Virus record (IMG/VR): IMGVR_UViG_3300010885_016694
Span: 3,532-67,531 of that record
Direction: 5' to 3' (one strand)
From: a virus
DNA length: 64,000 nucleotides
Shown here in pieces: positions 58,727 to 64,000 of the stretch. The position numbers and the translations under genes are program-made. Position 1 is the first letter of the stretch. Each line of letters starts with the position of its first letter. Under the pieces are notes generated by a model. The model ran no database searches and was not told where the DNA came from. It saw only the letters and a program-made list of their open reading frames with translations.

Positions 58727-59983
58727 ATGCCAATAGGACTACCCAGAATCTTCATGAAAAGCTCCAACATACCGCCTGTGGCGTTGGGAGACGAATTATC
58801 TACATATATGGGGGTTCCTGTTGATGTAAATCCATTGTTAAACGATAATGATCCTGATAATTTTCCCGGTACTGGACTTTTGGTTTACTCATACGACACT
58901 ACATCATTTGATGGTTCAATAATTACAATATACCCAACTAAAACAACTTTAAAATATACACCAAAAACAAATTATTTTGGTGTTGACATATTTCAATATA
59001 CGGCAACCGATGGATTAGGCGTTTCTAATACTGCTGTTGTTAAATTGAGTGTAATATGCAAACCTCCTATTAAAGTTTCTAGAACTTTAAATCTTGTGAG
59101 TGGGAAAACCTATAATCTTGACATTACCGACCCAGCTTCCGTTCCAGCAGGAGAAATAAAATTTGTTGGTGGTTTGGGGGATAGAGATGTAAACATTCCT
59201 GCACAACCAATTAGAATTATACCGGGATCAATTGCTAAATCATCAAATATAACAATTAATTTAACTTCAAATACTGTAATTAATTTTACGGTTTCGGTTC
59301 CAACAGGAGGAGCTTCTACTTCAGTTGGAACTTTTATAGATTATGAATTAGAGAACACAACATGTGGGTTAAAATCCACCGATAAATCTAGCACTGGGGG
59401 TTCATCAAACAACTCAAATATTCGTATCGTTCAAGGATATTTGGGTGTTACTATAAATGAAGGAAATGTTCCTTTAGCATTTACTAAATATCCAATGTTT
59501 GATTTAGCAACAAAGGATTATCCTTGGGACAATGAAGGTTGGTTTTTGTTTACGTTTGATACTTATAGTGTTCCCGACCAATATTATATAACTATGGTTA
59601 GTAAACCATATAAAGACATTAATGGAAATTGGACGACTGATAAATCATTTCATGGTTTGATCGGTCCTATTGGAGATAGTATTAATGAAGGCAATGGCAG
59701 ATTTTTATTCTGGAAAGATAAAGGAATGGATTTAAATTGTTGGGGATGTACTCCTAATGGAGGTAGTGCATACCAAATGGGTTGTGTCCAAGCATATAAA
59801 CCTAGTGTAACCGATCCTAAAGATCCTGCTAGATATTTTATGGATAAAAATGTACCACCAACGAATGCAGAAATTGCTACATGTTTGGCTGCGGTTGGTA
59901 GTCCACCATTTACAAATACAGCAGTAGATTACACTGGAACATTTACTGGTACAGGATTACCACCATTTGTTGCTGCAATTTAA
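58727..59983 (+). CDS. Virion tip/adhesin with Big_9-like domain; paralog of 5084-6346
   Basis: Collinear similarity throughout (EGWF, VPDQYYI, FHGLIGPIGD, QAYKP). Confidence 0.8.
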   Translation: MPIGLPRIFMKSSNIPPVALGDELSTYMGVPVDVNPLLNDNDPDNFPGTGLLVYSYDTTSFDGSIITIYPTKTTLKYTPKTNYFGVDIFQYTATDGLGVSNTAVVKLSVICKPPIKVSRTLNLVSGKTYNLDITDPASVPAGEIKFVGGLGDRDVNIPAQPIRIIPGSIAKSSNITINLTSNTVINFTVSVPTGGASTSVGTFIDYELENTTCGLKSTDKSSTGGSSNNSNIRIVQGYLGVTINEGNVPLAFTKYPMFDLATKDYPWDNEGWFLFTFDTYSVPDQYYITMVSKPYKDINGNWTTDKSFHGLIGPIGDSINEGNGRFLFWKDKGMDLNCWGCTPNGGSAYQMGCVQAYKPSVTDPKDPARYFMDKNVPPTNAEIATCLAAVGSPPFTNTAVDYTGTFTGTGLPPFVAAI

Positions 59984-59994
59984 TAAATATTAAT

Positions 59995-61791
59995 ATGCCA
60001 ACAAATCCGTATAAAAATACAGAACAAGTAAATGCTGTAATAAAAGTCCGTAGAGGACCAGAAGTAGACAGAGTACAAGTCACATATGAAGATGGTGAAT
60101 TAATCTACTCTACTGATAAAAAAAGATTGTTTGTTGGTGATGGTGTTGGTGATGAAGGAACCGATGGAGGAAATTTAGTTGGTAATAGATTGTGGATTTC
60201 TAATAGTTTTAACTCCGCAAGTTTACCATATATTGAAAAATATGATTTAGTATATCGTCCTATTACTACTGGATTTTATATATTAACTGGAGATTCAATT
60301 GTAGATCCAGCCAGCTATTTATTGGTTGGGGGTAAAGAATTAATACCACAAGTATCAACTTATACGATACCAAAAGCATCAAATTCTATTTTAGGTGGAG
60401 TTATTGTTAAAACGGGTTTGACAGTAGATGTAAATGGTAATCTTAATCTTGATTATGATTCAAATACTTTGACAATGGTGGGAAATAAACTATCGGTTAT
60501 TCCCGGTGTTGGGGGCACCACTGGAACAATCGGAAACGCATCATATGCTGGTTATGGTAAGGTTAGAATAGTCGAAAATACTGGATTAAATATTGATAAT
60601 GGAAATCTATCGGTCAGTATAGATAGTAGAACAATTAAAATTTCATCTGTAGCAGGAGCAGATCAATTATATGTTGATTCTGCTGAAATAGAAATTACTA
60701 ATTTACCAAAGGCAACAAGTTCGGAATTGGGTGCAATCATGGTGAGTGATGGATTGAAAATTAATGCAGGTACTGGTCAATTGAGTCTAAAAACAGCAAC
60801 AGATAATTTTATTGGTGGTGTTAAAACGGGAAAAGCGTTGTCTGCAAGTACATCAAATTCTGAATTAGATGTAATTACTGATAATGTTACGATGAAAGTA
60901 AACGGACAAAATCAATTAGAAGTTAATTATCCAATTGCAATTAATGGTGATGTATTAACTTATAATAATACAACAAATACATGGACAGCAAGTGCTGTAC
61001 CAGCAAGTGGTGGTAATGGTGGAGGTGGTATAGCTATCTTCGATACACCGGGAACATTTAGTTGGACTGCACCAGCAGGATGTAATAGGATAACAGTAGA
61101 ATTATATGGAGGAGGAGGAGGATGTGACGATACTATGGGTGGTGCTGGCTCCGATGGGGGTGATACAATATGTAGTATAAATGGTATATCCATTACTGCT
61201 GGTGGAGGTAAAAAAACAGCAGGCGGTTCAAGTTCTGTTGGAGGAGTTGGGGGTACTGTAAATATGGTAGCAGCAAATCCTACTAAAGGCTTTAGTGGAG
61301 TGGGTCAAGGTAACGGAGGAATTGCTGGCGGCACCGATAATGGTTTTGGTGGAGAATTACCCGCCGGAGTTGGGACTGGATCTAATGGCGGTTATGGTGG
61401 TGGTGGTGGTGGTGGTGGTAATAACAACAGAGCGTGTGGTGGTGGAGGATGCGGAACTGGGAGCGGAGGATTATCACTTGATGTAGTTGGACGTGCAAAT
61501 TTTGGTGCAAGAGGAGGTGGAGGTGTTGGTGGAGGCTGCGGTGGGCATTCTAGTGAAAAATATCCTGGATTATACGGTGGTGGAGCAGGACAATCTGGAG
61601 GCACCACTAATAAAAATACTGGTGGTGGTGGTGGTGGTCATGCCGTATATACAATAAATGTTACTCCGAATACCACATATACCAATTCTATTGTGGTTGG
61701 TGCTGGAGGAAATGCCCATTATCTTTCGGGATACCCATCTGCTATAATAAGAATTCCTGCTGGTGGCGGGGCAGTAATTATACGTTATTAA
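59995..61791 (+). CDS. Fibre protein: Mtd-N-like anchor, AT..LGGV..G.GL repeats, glycine-rich C-terminal domain
   Basis: KVRRGPE..YEDGELIYSTDKKRLFVGDG; FDTPGTFSWTAPAG..ITVELYGGGGG...GGAVIIRY. Confidence 0.8.
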   Translation: MPTNPYKNTEQVNAVIKVRRGPEVDRVQVTYEDGELIYSTDKKRLFVGDGVGDEGTDGGNLVGNRLWISNSFNSASLPYIEKYDLVYRPITTGFYILTGDSIVDPASYLLVGGKELIPQVSTYTIPKASNSILGGVIVKTGLTVDVNGNLNLDYDSNTLTMVGNKLSVIPGVGGTTGTIGNASYAGYGKVRIVENTGLNIDNGNLSVSIDSRTIKISSVAGADQLYVDSAEIEITNLPKATSSELGAIMVSDGLKINAGTGQLSLKTATDNFIGGVKTGKALSASTSNSELDVITDNVTMKVNGQNQLEVNYPIAINGDVLTYNNTTNTWTASAVPASGGNGGGGIAIFDTPGTFSWTAPAGCNRITVELYGGGGGCDDTMGGAGSDGGDTICSINGISITAGGGKKTAGGSSSVGGVGGTVNMVAANPTKGFSGVGQGNGGIAGGTDNGFGGELPAGVGTGSNGGYGGGGGGGGNNNRACGGGGCGTGSGGLSLDVVGRANFGARGGGGVGGGCGGHSSEKYPGLYGGGAGQSGGTTNKNTGGGGGGHAVYTINVTPNTTYTNSIVVGAGGNAHYLSGYPSAIIRIPAGGGAVIIRY

Positions 61792-61800
61792 TAAATTAAA

Positions 61801-61828
61801 TTGACATAAATTAATTTTGTGGTATGAT
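61801..61828 (+). promoter_or_regulatory. Sigma70-like promoter TTGACA-N16-TATGAT with extended -10 TG
   Basis: TTGACA 61801-61806, TATGAT 61823-61828; ATG 61835 at the expected +1. Confidence 0.8.
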
Positions 61829-61834
61829 GATCAA

Positions 61835-62548
61835 ATGCCTGTAAAACTAGATCATGAGACGCATGTGTATACCAACACCGAAACTGGGGACAAGTATACA
61901 AGCGTTACCACATTAATTGGTAATTATAAAAAGCCTTTTGATAAAGAAAAGTGGAGTAAATTAGTTGCTAAAAGAGAAGGAGTCTCACAAGATGAAATTT
62001 TGAATAAATGGAGTAGTATAACCACGACTGCCCAGAATCGAGGTACTAATGTCCATTTGATAATGGAGAATTACATTAAGGACAAGAAGATCGAGAAAGG
62101 TTATGAGGAACTCATTGATTCTTTTATCAAAAAGACCAACGGTGTAATTTTACCAAACTCCAAAATCATGAGTGAAGAGTTGCTTTTTACTCATGATTAC
62201 AAAATTGCGGGTACTGCTGACTTGGTTGTAGAAAATAATAACATTTTCTACATCATGGACTTCAAGACTAATAAGAAATTTAATTTTATTAATAAGTATA
62301 ATGATTATTTTTATGAACCTATTGATTATCTGCCTCAGTGTGAGTTTACCACATATACCATACAGCTATCAATTTATGCATGGATGTATGAACAGTTGAC
62401 AGGAAAGAAGTGTGGAGGTCTTAAGATTTTTTATCTCAGGGAATTTAATGATAAAACATTCTGGCAAGAGATCCCCTGCACATATATGAAATCATCTGTT
62501 GTCGATATTTTAAACGATAAAAAAACAAAAGACTCCAACCATACTTGA
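61835..62548 (+). CDS. PD-(D/E)XK superfamily exonuclease
   Basis: SVTTLI, RGTNVH, AGTADL, MDFKT, QLSIYA motifs. Confidence 0.88.
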   Translation: MPVKLDHETHVYTNTETGDKYTSVTTLIGNYKKPFDKEKWSKLVAKREGVSQDEILNKWSSITTTAQNRGTNVHLIMENYIKDKKIEKGYEELIDSFIKKTNGVILPNSKIMSEELLFTHDYKIAGTADLVVENNNIFYIMDFKTNKKFNFINKYNDYFYEPIDYLPQCEFTTYTIQLSIYAWMYEQLTGKKCGGLKIFYLREFNDKTFWQEIPCTYMKSSVVDILNDKKTKDSNHT

Positions 62549-62606
62549 TTTTTGAGTTAAATATACTAAAATAATATTCATGAAACAAATTAATTTTTAG
62601 TATATA

Positions 62607-63104
62607 ATGCAAAAAGACATAACCAACAAATATGGGAAAGAAGTAGTACAGAACTTCTGGATTTTTATCGAAACTTTAAAGTTCGACAGCAAAGTACAAG
62701 ATGCCGCAACAGTCAGAGCATCAATTCTAAAGAAAATACCGCCATCTTTAGCAGAAAAATATAAAGAAATTGGAGATGAATTGGCTTTTTCCTTGTATAG
62801 ACAAGTGTTTTATGATAAGAAGAATGCATATTTATATGCTTCCTTTGAGGCCGTTTGTAGAGGAAGTGATTTTTATGATAAATGTTGGATTGATAATACT
62901 AAAATTGAACCAATTGTAGAATCTCTAGATCAATTTAATAATTTTAGTACTGTACTACCAACAGAAGATGACTACTTTAGTATTAATGCACCAACACCAG
63001 AAGAAGTTTGGGAAGATTACGAAGATTATGATGGGCATTTAGAATCTATTGGAAATAAAAAAGGAAGAAAAAAACAAAAAGACGAACATGACTACGAAAA
63101 CTGA
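62607..63104 (+). CDS. Hypothetical protein, possibly DUF4240-like
   Basis: FWxxIE N-terminus and AVCRGSDFYD segment; acidic tail; the family resemblance is weak. Confidence 0.5.
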   Translation: MQKDITNKYGKEVVQNFWIFIETLKFDSKVQDAATVRASILKKIPPSLAEKYKEIGDELAFSLYRQVFYDKKNAYLYASFEAVCRGSDFYDKCWIDNTKIEPIVESLDQFNNFSTVLPTEDDYFSINAPTPEEVWEDYEDYDGHLESIGNKKGRKKQKDEHDYEN

Positions 63105-63384
63105 GGAAGTAGAAAGAATTGTTAAAAAAAGAGGTCAATACGCAACAAAAAAGAAAAAAGAATTAGAAGATCTTTTATCAGCAGCAAAAGAGTTTCAATT
63201 TAACCAGAAAAAAGAAAAAATATCATTTTCTAAAAATCCTGCTAGTATAGCGGAGTTTACAAAAGATACTTGTTTGTATCCTGGTAATTATTTAGACAAT
63301 GATAGCACATGTATTAAGTGTGATATTTACGAACATTGTGCATGTAAGCTAAAAAATCTAGGGAAGAAAAAAAGAAATGAATAA
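63088..63384 (+). CDS. Small basic protein with C-terminal Cys cluster
   Basis: CLYP...CIKC...CAC; ATG 63088 is the likely start. Confidence 0.65.
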   Translation: MTTKTEEVERIVKKRGQYATKKKKELEDLLSAAKEFQFNQKKEKISFSKNPASIAEFTKDTCLYPGNYLDNDSTCIKCDIYEHCACKLKNLGKKKRNE

Positions 63385-63664
63385 CGAAAATCTTAAATCA
63401 GAATTAATATTAAAAATACACAGAGTATTGAACGATAGAGGTGATTGGATGCCAGCAATTCAAGATGTGGCATCCCACGACATCGATCCAATGTGGGTTG
63501 CTGGGGTGGCATTCTTAATCGTTGATAGATATGTTAATTCAATCAAAGAATCAAGACAAATCAAATTCTACGAAGAAGTTTTGGAATGGTTTGATAAAAT
63601 GGTGAAGAGTGGTAACACCGCTCAGTATGTGGAGAAGATTGATGTACCAGAATCTATGGATTAA
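63377..63664 (+). CDS. Hypothetical protein
   Basis: 95 aa ORF overlapping the upstream stop. Confidence 0.65.
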   Translation: MNNENLKSELILKIHRVLNDRGDWMPAIQDVASHDIDPMWVAGVAFLIVDRYVNSIKESRQIKFYEEVLEWFDKMVKSGNTAQYVEKIDVPESMD

Positions 63665-63999
63665 GAAATAGTATTTGTAGTGTGTGGAACTAATATACTT
63701 GCTTTTTGAACTCCCCTGTTTATGGTGTTTTGATTCTGTAAAAGAACCTGAAGCTGTCCAGTGGTCCCGAAATCAATTTCATTATGTCCCTTAGCAATTG
63801 TTACAGTATTTGATAACACAATACCACCTACAACAACACGGGCATATCTATCTCCAGATAAAGTAACGCCAGAATAGGTTTCTCCGTATTTGAATCTTAA
63901 GGAGCCATTACCACCAACAGGACCGGGATTCGTTAATGTATCTCTATCATTTTCTGTTTGATATAATGTAATCGAATCCGCACCAGTGAATATTAATTC
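63661..63999 (-). CDS. Partial CDS (5' end beyond window), beta-rich probable virion protein
   Basis: Manual translation is open from the window edge: ...ELIFTGADSITLYQ...VPHTTNTIS*. Confidence 0.7.
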   Translation of the reverse strand, partial: ELIFTGADSITLYQTENDRDTLTNPGPVGGNGSLRFKYGETYSGVTLSGDRYARVVVGGIVLSNTVTIAKGHNEIDFGTTGQLQVLLQNQNTINRGVQKASILVPHTTNTIS

Positions 64000-64000
64000 G

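Noticed and set aside
5084-59983. Invertible segment or shufflon bounded by the inverted paralogous tip genes
   Set aside because: Similarity is at protein level with many substitutions; no long exact inverted repeats seen and no recombinase in the window
53524-61791. Diversity-generating retroelement suggested by Mtd-like domains
   Set aside because: Only the N-terminal anchor resembles Mtd; no reverse transcriptase, no C-type-lectin variable region and no TR/VR pair differing at adenines seen here
61835-62548. Cas4 / CRISPR adaptation gene
   Set aside because: PD-(D/E)XK core present, but the four-Cys Fe-S arrangement, other cas genes and an array are not evident
1-64000. Stop-codon reassignment as in some large phages
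   Set aside because: Core genes are full length in code 11, coding density is high, and TAG/TGA serve as real stops at tight gene junctions

Overview
AT-rich 64 kb segment of a large T4-like (contractile-tailed) dsDNA bacteriophage, standard genetic code, very dense coding. It holds replication genes (gp45-like clamp, gp61 primase, gp44 clamp loader, dUTPase, PD-(D/E)XK exonuclease) interleaved with a morphogenesis region: gp14 neck, gp17/gp16 terminase, gp18 sheath, tube-fold paralogs, hub/wedge proteins, a tape measure and about 14 fibre/adhesin genes. All family calls come from motif recognition by eye, not database searches. Three sequence-level patterns stand out. (1) An apparently leaderless expression architecture: TAAATA sits 5-6 nt before the start codon of 23 genes, sigma70-like promoters end 6-8 nt before early starts, and most other genes are stop/start coupled. 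(2) A modular 'plug-and-socket' fibre system in which the same anchor, docking-peptide, socket, adapter and tip modules recur in fixed gene-to-gene order. (3) A recurrent L-S-(A/G/S) tripeptide in virion proteins that may be a modification sequon. No tRNA, rRNA, CRISPR array, integrase or reverse transcriptase was recognised.
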